From contig JAKASS010000002.1 in the NCBI GenBank assembly GCA_021818905.1, positions 24,142 through 88,141 of the forward strand: 64,000 nucleotides of DNA. Direction: 5' to 3'. Below the pieces are notes generated by a model that saw only the letters and a list, made by a program, of their open reading frames with translations, searched no databases and had not been told where the DNA came from. Shown here in pieces: positions 31,013-40,835 of this stretch. How positions within the stretch are numbered: position 1 is the first letter of the stretch; each line of letters starts with the position of its first letter. This DNA comes from Nanobdellota archaeon. Lineage in GTDB: Archaea > Nanobdellota > Nanobdellia > Parvarchaeales > Parvarchaeaceae. The translations under genes and the position numbers were made by a program.

Positions 31013-31810
31013 TCAAAAGTGCTGGCTAGACAAATCCCATTCGTCGTGCTTCCATAAAAGAAAGTCTGGATTATTCAGAAATTTAAAATGTTCTGGATGT
31101 GAAATATATTCATCATAAATACTTTTGTTTGAATCTAAAAACTCTATCTTTGGCGCGTCCATATGAGTTATCGATACATTTTTGTAATTCTGGTTTAAAA
31201 CTATGGTCTTTTTATCTGTTAAATAGACTGCCCCACCATGCATCTCCATAATCGGTTTATAGTTTGATTCAAATTTAGAATTTACCAAGTTTGCTTCAAT
31301 CAATAGCTCTTTACCAATATTTACGGAGATATGACCGTAATTTGGTTCCATTATGACTTTATCACCCGCTTTTGCGTGTATTAGTTTTATATCATAACTG
31401 CCGTCTTCGCATCTTTTCTGCAATATATAAATAACTTCACCAGAGACTACCTCATAAAGTTCAGGGTACATCAGATCGTCTTTGCAGATTGGATGATAAT
31501 GCCCAAAAGTCTTATTAAATTCTCCACCCAGGTTATAGTTCATGATAACCGTAACGTCGTATCTCATGTCGTGCGCTTCGAATATAGTATTATTCTTACG
31601 TTGACCCGCGGCCCTAAACATATAGTATAAGCCATCATCTTTATTTTTGTTATTTATAAAATTCTGGTTAAAAAGTACGTTTTTCATATCAGAAAGTTTC
31701 CTCACGGAAAAAGGAACTTCTTCCCTATCTGCGTATAGCTTCCTTATTTTTTCATCATAGTCTAGCTCTACTGCATTTACATTTAGACGCATATTAGTCC
31801 TTATATCCAA
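31013..31810 (-). CDS. cupin-type glucose-6-phosphate isomerase (cPGI)-like
   Basis: 265 aa; TFGHYHP metal site, VRKLSDM, and PELYEVVSGEVIYILQ / IMEPNYGHISVNIG cupin motifs paralleling Pyrococcus cPGI (TKGHFH ... RRLSDM). Confidence 0.55.
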   Translation of the reverse strand: MDIRTNMRLNVNAVELDYDEKIRKLYADREEVPFSVRKLSDMKNVLFNQNFINNKNKDDGLYYMFRAAGQRKNNTIFEAHDMRYDVTVIMNYNLGGEFNKTFGHYHPICKDDLMYPELYEVVSGEVIYILQKRCEDGSYDIKLIHAKAGDKVIMEPNYGHISVNIGKELLIEANLVNSKFESNYKPIMEMHGGAVYLTDKKTIVLNQNYKNVSITHMDAPKIEFLDSNKSIYDEYISHPEHFKFLNNPDFLLWKHDEWDLSSQHF

Positions 31811-31831
31811 TAATATTAAAGTGTTTTTAAA

Positions 31832-33367
31832 TTATATCTTAAAATGCAAAAACTTGTCTAATCTACTTAATTTTAAGAAAAAGTTTATGTCCTTCCTGGT
31901 CAATACGCCCATCACATATATAATAAAAAGATAAAGAACAAAGCTTCCGATAAGAATAACCGGAAGCAGCGCCAAAGAAACCGTTTTGTCTAAAATGTAT
32001 ATAATCCCGCCCATGAGTAGCGATGCTATTGTAATTTTCAGCATGACAAAATAAGGCAAAGTTATTTTTATATATTTTGAAGTAAAATAAAGGTTTACCG
32101 TCAGTATGGCCGTGCTCGAAAGTAATATTACAAATGCTGCGCCGGTGGCAAAAAATATAGGAACTAAAATCAGTGTGCTAATAAGACCAACAACTGCACC
32201 GGCTACGCTAGAATACAAAACATATTTTTGCTTGCCTATAGCACTTACAATATTCGTTAAAGGACCAAACAAGGCCATTAAAAACGTGGCGACCATGACG
32301 ATTATGAATGGGGTTTCGGCCCCTAAAAATGAAGAACGGTAAAAGTAAGAGATTAAAGGCCCTGCAGCAATTATTCCCCCTATTAATAATGGTATGGTAA
32401 ACATAGATACGTACCTCAATATTAAATTCATAAACCCGTAAAATTTATCAAGCTGTTTTGTCTCAAAATATTTTGTATTTGTAGAGAAAAATGCTGAGCT
32501 AAGAGCACTTGCTGGCATTGCTATAAGAGCTGCAAGATTCCATCCAACGGCAAAAAATGAAACTGACGATAAATTTGGTGCAAAGACTCCGAGGATAAGT
32601 ACTATCGCTGAGCCGTAAAAATAAGATATCAGATTATGCCCGTATGAGAACCAGTTATACCTGTGAAACTCACTTAATTCTTTCTTAGGCACGGGTCTCT
32701 CTTTTTGAATCTTATTTTTGCGTAATAATTTATAAACAAAATATAGGGCGACGGCCGCTACAATTATATAAATAACATCATAAAACGCTATAACACCTAG
32801 AAGACCTAAACCAAAAAATACTATGGCAACTTGCACAAGTCTTAAAGCGTCAAAGGTTATACCGGAAAAAAAAGTGTATTTAATTTTCTGGTAACCTACG
32901 TATACATTGGTAGCAAAGCCTTCGGTTATTCCATAGAAAACTATACCCAACGCCAAAATCTCTATAAGACTTTGCATTTGCGGTACCCTATACGCTGCTG
33001 CAATTGGCCCGGCTAAAACGAACATTACAATTGAACCTAATATGGAGCTTATTATAAGTATCATAAGATAGTGCTTCACCAACCAATTTAGCTTTCCAAA
33101 TTCGTTATGCACTCTATATTTTGCTATTCCATATTGCACAGCGTTTCCTAACCCAAGTAATGCGATCGTTGTGAACATTGCCCAATAAATCGTGGCTATC
33201 GTGTATATACCATAATCTATAGAGCCTAAGAATCTTACAAGAAATATGCTAACAATAAAAGCTATGAACGACTTTGACAAAAATCTAAAAAAGTAGTAGA
33301 GGCTATTTGATGCAACTAAAGATTGCTCTGTTTCGATTTCGGAAGCCCTTTCGTCAGTTTCATCCAT
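31832..33367 (-). CDS. MOP-superfamily polysaccharide/oligosaccharide flippase (Wzx/AglR-like)
   Basis: 511 aa, ~14 predicted TM helices, polysaccharide-biosynthesis-protein architecture; adjacent to aglB. Confidence 0.7.
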   Translation of the reverse strand: MDETDERASEIETEQSLVASNSLYYFFRFLSKSFIAFIVSIFLVRFLGSIDYGIYTIATIYWAMFTTIALLGLGNAVQYGIAKYRVHNEFGKLNWLVKHYLMILIISSILGSIVMFVLAGPIAAAYRVPQMQSLIEILALGIVFYGITEGFATNVYVGYQKIKYTFFSGITFDALRLVQVAIVFFGLGLLGVIAFYDVIYIIVAAVALYFVYKLLRKNKIQKERPVPKKELSEFHRYNWFSYGHNLISYFYGSAIVLILGVFAPNLSSVSFFAVGWNLAALIAMPASALSSAFFSTNTKYFETKQLDKFYGFMNLILRYVSMFTIPLLIGGIIAAGPLISYFYRSSFLGAETPFIIVMVATFLMALFGPLTNIVSAIGKQKYVLYSSVAGAVVGLISTLILVPIFFATGAAFVILLSSTAILTVNLYFTSKYIKITLPYFVMLKITIASLLMGGIIYILDKTVSLALLPVILIGSFVLYLFIIYVMGVLTRKDINFFLKLSRLDKFLHFKI

Positions 33368-33404
33368 ACAGGATTATCTTCTTAGTTCTTAGGTATTTAT
33401 TAAT

Positions 33405-33773
33405 GTGTTTTCATTAAATTTAATGCTGAGTATAATGTATAATATTCTTTTGTTACTGTTAGTTTCTGCTTCGTTTCCTGTAGGGTATATAATCGGGACG
33501 TATACCGAATCCGAGATAGAAGCTTTTTCTGAAAAGATAAAAGTAGACCGTTTTCTAAATGTTTACTTCGTACTATTGGAAGTACTTGTAATGATATTAC
33601 TAGTATATTTTGATAGCCAATTCTATATAATTGTTGCCGCCGCCCTAGTGATAATAAATCTGGCTCTATCTGCGTTTTATACCTCCATAAAAGCCGACCT
33701 TGTTAAGATAGTGGGCTATGAAGTGGCGTTTCTTGTCCTAACGCTTGTGATTTCTTCGATTATTCTATTATGA
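33405..33773 (+). CDS. small integral membrane protein, hypothetical
   Basis: 122 aa with 4 hydrophobic segments; 4-nt overlap with ychF start. Confidence 0.35.
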   Translation: MFSLNLMLSIMYNILLLLLVSASFPVGYIIGTYTESEIEAFSEKIKVDRFLNVYFVLLEVLVMILLVYFDSQFYIIVAAALVIINLALSAFYTSIKADLVKIVGYEVAFLVLTLVISSIILL

Positions 33774-34909
33774 AAGTTGGAATAATAGGCAGAACCAATG
33801 TAGGGAAAAGCACTTTTTTCAAAGCATTAACCTTGGAAGACGTGCAGATAGAAGACAGACCATTTACAACTATCGAACCAAATCGGGGCATTGCATATGT
33901 TACAGTAAAGTGCCCCGAAAAAGAATTCGATACTAAATGTGTGCCACATAACTCTCCTTGCGTAAGTGGCGTGCGATTCGTGCCGCTTGAGATAATAGAT
34001 GTAGCTGGTTTGATAGAGGGCGCAAATGAAGGAAAGGGCTTGGGGAATAAATTCCTAAGTGATGCAATGGAAGTAGATGGTTTGATCCAAGTAATAGACA
34101 TATCTGGTAAAACTGACGGCACGGGAAACCAGACAATAAATTATGATTCAAAAAGGGACGTTGAGATGGTGAGAAAAGAATTGAAATTATGGGTAAAATC
34201 AATAATATTAAGAGTAAAGTTGCACGGAACGGAAGATTTATCCGAGGCTGTATACAAGGCATTGTCTGGTATAAAGTTTAGCTTTAACACCGTAAAAGAG
34301 GCAATAAAAAATTTAAACATAAAAACGCTAGATGAGAGTTCCGCAGAACTAATAAGCGACTATGTTTTAAGCCGAGACAAGCCAATGATTATCGCGGCAA
34401 ATAAAATGGATGCGACTGAAAATTTAAAGGAACGCCTAGAAGATTTAAAATCTAACTTTGAATATCCGATTATTTCATGCTCCGCCGCTGCGGAACTCAC
34501 GCTTAAGGAAGCTAGCAAACACGGTTTTATAGATTATTATGATGATTCGATAAAGATAAAAAGGGACCTAAACAGAGAACAAATCAAAGCGATTGATATA
34601 ATAAGCAAAATAATAAAGAAACATGGTAATACTGGCGTCCAGCAGGCGCTAAATGAATTGGTATTTGGACTTATGAAAAATAAGGTTGTATTTACCGTAG
34701 AAGATGAGAAGAAATTGTCGGACGGCAGGGGTAGAATCTTACCGGATGCTTATATAGTTAATCAAAATGCTACCCCGCGTGATGTCGCTGAGCTTGTACA
34801 TTCTGAAATTGCAAAAAACTATAGAGGCGCGATAGACTGTAGGAATGGCCTAAAAGTAAAAAATGACGAACCTATAAAAAATTGTCAGGTATTAAAGATA
34901 ATAGTATGA
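33770..34909 (+). CDS. ychF: Obg-family P-loop ATPase/GTPase YchF/OLA1-like with TGS domain
   Basis: 379 aa; G1 IGRTNVGKST, G3 DVAGL, YchF-type GLGNKFLSDAMEVDGLIQV; C-terminal TGS-like region. Confidence 0.75.
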   Translation: MKVGIIGRTNVGKSTFFKALTLEDVQIEDRPFTTIEPNRGIAYVTVKCPEKEFDTKCVPHNSPCVSGVRFVPLEIIDVAGLIEGANEGKGLGNKFLSDAMEVDGLIQVIDISGKTDGTGNQTINYDSKRDVEMVRKELKLWVKSIILRVKLHGTEDLSEAVYKALSGIKFSFNTVKEAIKNLNIKTLDESSAELISDYVLSRDKPMIIAANKMDATENLKERLEDLKSNFEYPIISCSAAAELTLKEASKHGFIDYYDDSIKIKRDLNREQIKAIDIISKIIKKHGNTGVQQALNELVFGLMKNKVVFTVEDEKKLSDGRGRILPDAYIVNQNATPRDVAELVHSEIAKNYRGAIDCRNGLKVKNDEPIKNCQVLKIIV

Positions 34910-35694
34910 GGAACACACAGATTTTTCTTAAAGACCGAAATATAATGAGTAAAATAGTAGCCTCTGCGGAATTAAACAAAGATGATATAGTACTAGAAAT
35001 AGGGAGCGGGGATGGCAGGCTTACAAGAGAGCTTGCTGAAAAGGCCGCAAGGGTTTACGCTGTAGAGAGAGATCTTAATCTACTTGATTCATCAAAGATC
35101 GCGCTAAAAGAATTAAAAAATGTTGAATTGATAAATGCAGATGCACTGGAAATCGACTTTCCTGAGGATGTAACCAAGATAGTATCTAACCTACCTTACG
35201 CTATTTCTTCTCCAGTAACCACAAAAATCGTATACTTTCTTAATAAGCGGCCGAACTCGTTTGCTATTTTAATGTATCAAAAAGAATTTGGAGAAAGAAT
35301 GCTCTCTATACCCGGTATAAGAGATTATTCCATGCTTTCAGTATTCTGTCAATACACTTGCGATATAGAGAGAATAATAAACGTGAACAAAGCTTGTTTT
35401 AGACCGATGCCTTCAGTCGATTCGATAGTGATAAAACTTTCGCCTAAACGTATAACAATAGACGAAGGGTTTCTAGCGTTTTGCAGAGCGATATTCCAGC
35501 ACAAAAAGAAGAACCTTTATTCTGCGATACTTGATAGCCGAGAGAAAATGGCATTGCATACAAAACCTGAATTAAAAGCGCGCCTTGAAAAACTAGATGA
35601 ATCTTTTATGAGGAGGAAGGTTTTTTTATTTGAGGTAGATGAGTTACTTAATATATACAAAGAGATGGTTAAATTAGGTATATGCCAAAAGTAA
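34882..35694 (+). CDS. ksgA: 16S rRNA (adenine1518/1519-N6)-dimethyltransferase KsgA/Dim1
   Basis: 270 aa; SAM motif VLEIGSGDGRLT and NLPYAISSP. Confidence 0.85.
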   Translation: MSGIKDNSMRNTQIFLKDRNIMSKIVASAELNKDDIVLEIGSGDGRLTRELAEKAARVYAVERDLNLLDSSKIALKELKNVELINADALEIDFPEDVTKIVSNLPYAISSPVTTKIVYFLNKRPNSFAILMYQKEFGERMLSIPGIRDYSMLSVFCQYTCDIERIINVNKACFRPMPSVDSIVIKLSPKRITIDEGFLAFCRAIFQHKKKNLYSAILDSREKMALHTKPELKARLEKLDESFMRRKVFLFEVDELLNIYKEMVKLGICQK

Positions 35695-36404
35695 AGATAG
35701 TTAAGAAAGAGAGAGTTGGCTTTTATGCCGCTCTCAAAGCCTTCTCACAGAGATTCACAATCGTAGAAATAGAAAATATACTTATAGCATGGATAGTACT
35801 TTCTCTTGCTTTTGCCTACGTCTTAGACGGCGGTGCTATTGCCACGGGCGGATTTATACTCGTTTTTGTAGCGTCTGCCATAGTTCTTGGCTGTGGATTC
35901 ATAATGCACGAGCTAATGCACAAGTTTACTGCACAAAAATATAGGTACCGCGCAGAGTTTAGGATATGGGTCTGGGGGATATTTCTTGCTATCATAACCG
36001 CATTATTTGGTTTTATCTTCGCTGCACCCGGAGCAACGTATTTTGAACCGGATCCAAGAGAACAATTTCTAGACCCAAAGGGGTTTAGAGAACGCTATGG
36101 AATGATTTCTTTTGCCGGACCGAGAATAAATATTATATTCGGTTTCATATTCTTGGGTTTCTTTTTACTACTTACGCTAGTTGCTGGTAAAGTTAGCTCA
36201 TCTTGGGTGGCGTTCGGGATCTTGGTAACCGCTTTAGGTTCGTACATAAACTTCTACCTGGCCGCGTTTAACTTAATCCCGATAAATCCTCTGGATGGTT
36301 ACAAAGTAATAAATTGGAACAAAAAAATATGGATAACTTTCTTTGTTATAGCTATCGCGATGACGATAATTAATTTCATCTACGTCGTACCGGCTATTTT
36401 CTGA
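35682..36404 (+). CDS. site-2-protease family (M50) intramembrane zinc metalloprotease
   Basis: 240 aa polytopic membrane protein; HExxH in TM (FIMHELMHK) and NLIPINPLDG (LDG) motif. Confidence 0.6.
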   Translation: MPKVKIVKKERVGFYAALKAFSQRFTIVEIENILIAWIVLSLAFAYVLDGGAIATGGFILVFVASAIVLGCGFIMHELMHKFTAQKYRYRAEFRIWVWGIFLAIITALFGFIFAAPGATYFEPDPREQFLDPKGFRERYGMISFAGPRINIIFGFIFLGFFLLLTLVAGKVSSSWVAFGILVTALGSYINFYLAAFNLIPINPLDGYKVINWNKKIWITFFVIAIAMTIINFIYVVPAIF

Positions 36405-36457
36405 TAATCGATCCCAAAAAGCATAAAGCATTTATAATAAGTAGAACAAATCTCCTT

Positions 36458-37150
36458 ATGGCTAAGTTCTATTTCAAAAAGGCCCTGAAATCTGGAGGTT
36501 ATATAATTACAGCTTTTCAAACGGTCGGCTATATATCTATATTAGCCAGCAGATATCTCGAAGAGAAGGGTGCGATAAAAGATATAGGTTTCATAGACTT
36601 AGACATCGAAATGCCTGTGGCTGTAATTGATCGTGGCGAAATAAATTTTCCAGTAAGGATACTACAAGCAGAAAATTCAATTTTCATAAATTCTCAGTTT
36701 CCGTTGGATCCAGATGCTATAAAGGAGCTGATATCACAGATATTTGAGATATACAAGAAATATAAATTCGAGGGCATAATCTGCCTAGACGGCCTTGCGA
36801 TAGATAAAGGAAAGGAAGTCAGTGAACTCTATTATGCATCTAGCAGAAATGGCTTTCAGCCTGCAAATGCGAGAAAGCTAGAGGATGGCGCAATAATAGG
36901 TCTAAATGCTGAGTTGACTTTAAGGGCTAAAATGGAGGACGTTCCAGTAACGCTTTTGATGGCAGAGACTCACTCCGAAATACCAGACGGCTTAGCGGCG
37001 GCTACATTGATTAATGCGCTTGCACCTCTTGGCATACACGTTGACACAAGAGAACTCGTATCAGAATATAGGCAAACGCTTGCAAAGATAGACGAGATGC
37101 TGAAGAAAATAAACAAGAAGGAAGAACCTAAAACCGACTTATATGGCTAA
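36458..37150 (+). CDS. proteasome-assembly chaperone PAC2 family (PbaB-like) with C-terminal HbYX motif
   Basis: 230 aa; N-terminal ITAFQTVGYISILASRYLEEK resembles PbaA/B LPGIGHVGRLAAEHL core; protein ends ...TDLYG (hydrophobic-Tyr-X). Confidence 0.45.
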   Translation: MAKFYFKKALKSGGYIITAFQTVGYISILASRYLEEKGAIKDIGFIDLDIEMPVAVIDRGEINFPVRILQAENSIFINSQFPLDPDAIKELISQIFEIYKKYKFEGIICLDGLAIDKGKEVSELYYASSRNGFQPANARKLEDGAIIGLNAELTLRAKMEDVPVTLLMAETHSEIPDGLAAATLINALAPLGIHVDTRELVSEYRQTLAKIDEMLKKINKKEEPKTDLYG

Positions 37151-37158
37151 ATTTTGGC

Positions 37159-37572
37159 CTATAGATTTTTAAACTTTTCTCTTTTTTCTGCGACTTCGTT
37201 AAGATATTTTGATACATGGTCATCCATAAATGAAGTGGAATAAGCAACTATGTCTTTTATAGGAACCCATTTATAGGATTGGAAAAAGTGGGATACTTCT
37301 GGTCCTCCCTTTATATAATCAGCCACGTATACAAAATAAGTAAGTTTCGGATTTTCGCTCGGTACATATTTAAAAACCCTATCGGTTAGCTTATAGCTTA
37401 CCATCATACCGCCCAAAAAATCATTTATTTCCTTTCTTGGACTGCTCTCCTCTGTCAAATTTATGAAAGGAAAAACCCATGTAGCTCTAGGGAGAAGTTT
37501 GTCTTGGTCCTTTAATTTAACTAGCAAAACCAAGTTATCTTTTAAAACTATTATGGAAGCTCTACGCTGCAT
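37159..37572 (-). CDS. hypothetical protein (weak Nudix-like pattern)
   Basis: 137 aa ORF; no firm motif. Confidence 0.3.
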   Translation of the reverse strand: MQRRASIIVLKDNLVLLVKLKDQDKLLPRATWVFPFINLTEESSPRKEINDFLGGMMVSYKLTDRVFKYVPSENPKLTYFVYVADYIKGGPEVSHFFQSYKWVPIKDIVAYSTSFMDDHVSKYLNEVAEKREKFKNL

Positions 37573-37657
37573 ATCTTTTTAATAAATCCACTCGTATAAA
37601 TGCATTAAAACAGATAAAATTACGATAATATTTATAGCGTAGACAGCTAAGATACTT

Positions 37658-37948
37658 ATGTACAAAGCAAATGCTATAGTATTGATAGTACTTGTTGTGC
37701 TTGTGGTTGCTGCAGCACTATTTTATACAAACACCGGAGAGAACCATCGTACCGTTTCCGTAGGCCTGTGTGAGCTAGAATGTCAGAACATTACAGCACA
37801 TGGTGCTACGTACACAAATTACTGCGCTGCAAAGAACATAAGTTATGGTTATTCTTGTGCGATATCACAGACTGCTAACTCATCGATATGCGGGAATCCT
37901 ACAACAGTTTACGTAACAGACAGTTGTCAACTTGTAGACGTCGGCTAG
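37658..37948 (+). CDS. small secreted cysteine-rich protein
   Basis: 96 aa; N-terminal hydrophobic signal/anchor (IVLIVLVVLVVAAALF), 8 Cys in 70 aa, N-x-S/T sequons. Confidence 0.4.
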   Translation: MYKANAIVLIVLVVLVVAAALFYTNTGENHRTVSVGLCELECQNITAHGATYTNYCAAKNISYGYSCAISQTANSSICGNPTTVYVTDSCQLVDVG

Positions 37949-38042
37949 GCGTGTGCATAACTGTCTTGTAGCGTGACTAGATACTCATCAAAATTACCCC
38001 GTTCCTGCACACAAAGTAGAAAATGAGGAGTTATGCACAGGC
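37948..38042. mobile_element. MITE-like 95-bp element with 11-14 bp terminal inverted repeats, flanked by 14-bp direct duplication GTAGACGTCGGCTA
   Basis: Direct repeats at 37934..37947 and 38043..38056 are identical; TGTGCATAACT (37952..37962) is the perfect reverse complement of AGTTATGCACA (38029..38039). Confidence 0.4.
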
Positions 38043-38061
38043 GTAGACGTCGGCTAAATGC

Positions 38062-38763
38062 TTATCGTCGTTTTCGCTTTGAAGATTTATTTTGACGTGA
38101 TTTCTTCGATTTTTTTCCCCCTGTGACTGCCGGGAGACTGTTGTCTATTTCGCCAAGTTTTCTTATCTTTTCGTTCAAGAAAGAGATTCTATTCTCTTTT
38201 TCGCCGACTACTTGTGATGTTTCCATATGCACCAAGGTGCCATTGCAGTTTGCACAACGAAAGTCATTCTCGAGGGCTTGCTTTAATTCATATTGCCTGT
38301 TGCATGTTTCGCAGATATAAAAGTCATTGGCCTTGTTAAGGTCTATGGATTTCTTCGCTTGTTGTATTTCATCCTCATATTCCTTCTTTATAAGGAAAAT
38401 CAACCTTTCCGGGTTTGCTTTCCAATAGTAAGTATACCACGCCTTTGCGCCCTTCTTTTTCTTCGTATACGAAACCAAATTTTTGTTATATAGTTTATAC
38501 AAGAACTTTCTTATTGCGTTCGCCTTTTCGAATTTCAACTTCTTTGCTAAGGTATTCTCCTCCATTGGACCTTTTGCGATTAAGTACTTGAACACTTCCA
38601 AGCCTTTTTCGCCGCTGAGATCGACAACGTATTTAACCGCTTCTTCTAGCGAAAGAAGCTTGTTTATGTTTATTACCACTTTCTGAGGCTTTTGTTGCTT
38701 AACCGCAGGTTCCCTTTTTCTGCTTTTAGAAACTTTCTTTCCTCGTTTTATTTTCTTAGCCAT
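38062..38763 (-). CDS. tfe: transcription factor E (TFE alpha, TFIIE-alpha homolog)
   Basis: 233 aa; winged-helix region plus C-terminal zinc ribbon CETC...CANC; unusual K-rich N-terminal 40 aa and K/R-rich tail. Confidence 0.7.
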   Translation of the reverse strand: MAKKIKRGKKVSKSRKREPAVKQQKPQKVVININKLLSLEEAVKYVVDLSGEKGLEVFKYLIAKGPMEENTLAKKLKFEKANAIRKFLYKLYNKNLVSYTKKKKGAKAWYTYYWKANPERLIFLIKKEYEDEIQQAKKSIDLNKANDFYICETCNRQYELKQALENDFRCANCNGTLVHMETSQVVGEKENRISFLNEKIRKLGEIDNSLPAVTGGKKSKKSRQNKSSKRKRR

Positions 38764-38798
38764 ATCAGTATAATGTGCTGCTTATCATATAAATTTGA

Positions 38799-40034
38799 TT
38801 ATAAGTGTGAGAAAAGTAACGTTCCTAGCGGCGTTAAGAATAGGAAAAAAACAGAGAAGAATATTATAACTCCGTTTGTAGCGTTCCAAAGTAATTTTTT
38901 GTCCTTTATTGTGTATCCCAATAGCTCATTAACTATCTTACACCCGTCTGTGATATAAAATATCGGCAAGAAATTTGCCAATCCTAAGCCTAGTGATATG
39001 ATGGCAATCCATAAGAATAAGCCATCAAACCAGTATAAGGTTTGTGATGTCGCATTATTATTCGGATAGGCATTTTGAGAAATCGGCGATATGAGGAACT
39101 GAGCTGGTTCTGTTGCTATGAATCCCGCATATATTCCTATATAGCTATGATTTGTCGTATTTATCGACGCGTTGTATGTCGTCTTTATGTCGTAAACCAC
39201 TCCAGAAGACGTGGTTAAATTAATGTACCGCCCGGGGATTACGCTTAATTTTGATTCTGCCTGCAGTACCGTCGAGAATTGCTGTCCGTTTATTTGTGTT
39301 ATTGTGGCATTTACCGGAAGACTTGCATTTGCTGCTGGGCTATTCGGAACCACGCTTATTACTTGCAATGCCAATGGCGCAAACGATACAGCGTGTATGG
39401 CTACTATATAATTTGAAAGCAAAAGGTAAATTACGAGAAATAAAATACCTAGTATGATGTTTGTAAAAGACCCAGCTGAAAGGACTTTAAGCCTGTCAAA
39501 TCTACTTGCTTTTTCAAATTGCTTCTCATTTGGCTCTACAAAAGCCAGGGGGAGGAAAGCGAGGAAAAAGCCGAAACCTGACGCCTTTAGTTTTATTTTC
39601 TTTGAAAGCGCGACTATTCCGTGTGATCCCTCATGAAGAGCGACCACTACTATCAATGCGATAAGCCAATAAAATATCGGTACCCCCACTATACCTGGAA
39701 CTCCGGACACGGGCAAAACGAGATCTAATGCGGCCGGCGTCGAACTTGGGTGGGACATCATCAAATTTAAGTATGGGATAAGGAGATAGAGCATGAATCC
39801 TATCGATGCGACGGCGGCTATTACCCCAATAATTGCGTAAACGTTTATAATTCGTTTATACTTAGATAGCCGCTGCATTATTTTCAGGCCCAGTTTGGTC
39901 CTGTAAATGAACAGTATCTTGCCTTCTATCGAGAACTTTTTCCTATTCCATAGAACAAATGCAATGACTATCGCGAATACTATCAGTGCAAGTATATTAT
40001 TTTCATTTGCATAAAAGAAAGTTGCAAGTGACAT
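38799..40034 (-). CDS. M50/site-2-protease-like membrane metalloprotease with extracytoplasmic domain
   Basis: 411 aa; TM-embedded HExxH (ALHEGSHG), multiple TM helices, central N/S/T-rich loop, C-terminal FYITDG. Confidence 0.55.
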   Translation of the reverse strand: MSLATFFYANENNILALIVFAIVIAFVLWNRKKFSIEGKILFIYRTKLGLKIMQRLSKYKRIINVYAIIGVIAAVASIGFMLYLLIPYLNLMMSHPSSTPAALDLVLPVSGVPGIVGVPIFYWLIALIVVVALHEGSHGIVALSKKIKLKASGFGFFLAFLPLAFVEPNEKQFEKASRFDRLKVLSAGSFTNIILGILFLVIYLLLSNYIVAIHAVSFAPLALQVISVVPNSPAANASLPVNATITQINGQQFSTVLQAESKLSVIPGRYINLTTSSGVVYDIKTTYNASINTTNHSYIGIYAGFIATEPAQFLISPISQNAYPNNNATSQTLYWFDGLFLWIAIISLGLGLANFLPIFYITDGCKIVNELLGYTIKDKKLLWNATNGVIIFFSVFFLFLTPLGTLLFSHL

Positions 40035-40040
40035 GCTTGC

Positions 40041-40229
40041 CTAGACCTTCAGTTTTCTCAGTTCTTTGTGCTTTGGCCTAAGCGCCTGCCTGCCGCACCG
40101 CCTGCACCTTACTTGTATTGGCCTAAGAAGTTTCGGGTTGGAAATCCTTATCTTTGCGTTACAATTCCTGCAAACATAAACATTTTTAAAAAGCCTTGAA
40201 TCCGCGACTGGATTATTTCGCTCTGCCAT
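40041..40229 (-). CDS. rpl40e: 50S ribosomal protein L40e
   Basis: 62 aa basic protein; CRNCNAKIRI...RCRRCG zinc ribbon and KHKELRK tail typical of L40e. Confidence 0.7.
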   Translation of the reverse strand: MAERNNPVADSRLFKNVYVCRNCNAKIRISNPKLLRPIQVRCRRCGRQALRPKHKELRKLKV

Positions 40230-40270
40230 ATTACGTATTTATTATACCTTCTTAGATTATATATAAGCTT

Positions 40271-40792
40271 TTGTCCGCTTTAGATTATATTATGTACATA
40301 GACCTTATACAGAAAAATGACAAAGAAATTGTTGATAGGCTCAAAAAACTTGGATTTGATAACATATTCGACATAGAACGTAGTTCGATAACGGATGTCG
40401 ATGATAAACTTCCTTTCGAACTAAAACTATACGATGGAAAAGACTACAATTTTATAATACAAAAGGGGAAATCCAATGCTATCACAGATCTAGACAAAAA
40501 TGCGTTATTCTTGAACAAAGGCTTATGCTCAAAACTTAAAGAAAACCGCATGTTTGTAATATTCAAACTGTCATCCTTGATAGGATCCACTGATTTTTTC
40601 CGCACATATAAAAACTTCTTGATAAACGGGAAACTATGCGATGACTATAGCGTACCTGCACTTTATGTTTCCTTTGCGGGTGTCAAGGAACAAATAAAAT
40701 CTCCTGCGCAACTTGTCGCCTTTGCCGAGGCTTTCGGGTATAACCTTAAAAACTACAATAAATCAGTGGAGCTTTTATTAAAAATAAAGTAA
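40271..40792 (+). CDS. rnp3: RNase P protein component 3 (Rpp30/Rnp3)-like
   Basis: 173 aa; C-terminal VPALYVSFAGVKEQIKSPAQLVAFAEAFG parallels Rpp30 CPVFISSGATTPEELRGFEEIKVLASTIG. Confidence 0.45.
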   Translation: MSALDYIMYIDLIQKNDKEIVDRLKKLGFDNIFDIERSSITDVDDKLPFELKLYDGKDYNFIIQKGKSNAITDLDKNALFLNKGLCSKLKENRMFVIFKLSSLIGSTDFFRTYKNFLINGKLCDDYSVPALYVSFAGVKEQIKSPAQLVAFAEAFGYNLKNYNKSVELLLKIK

Positions 40793-40835
40793 CTTAAAAA
40801 CTTTTATATTAGTAACAATCTAATTAATCGAGATT

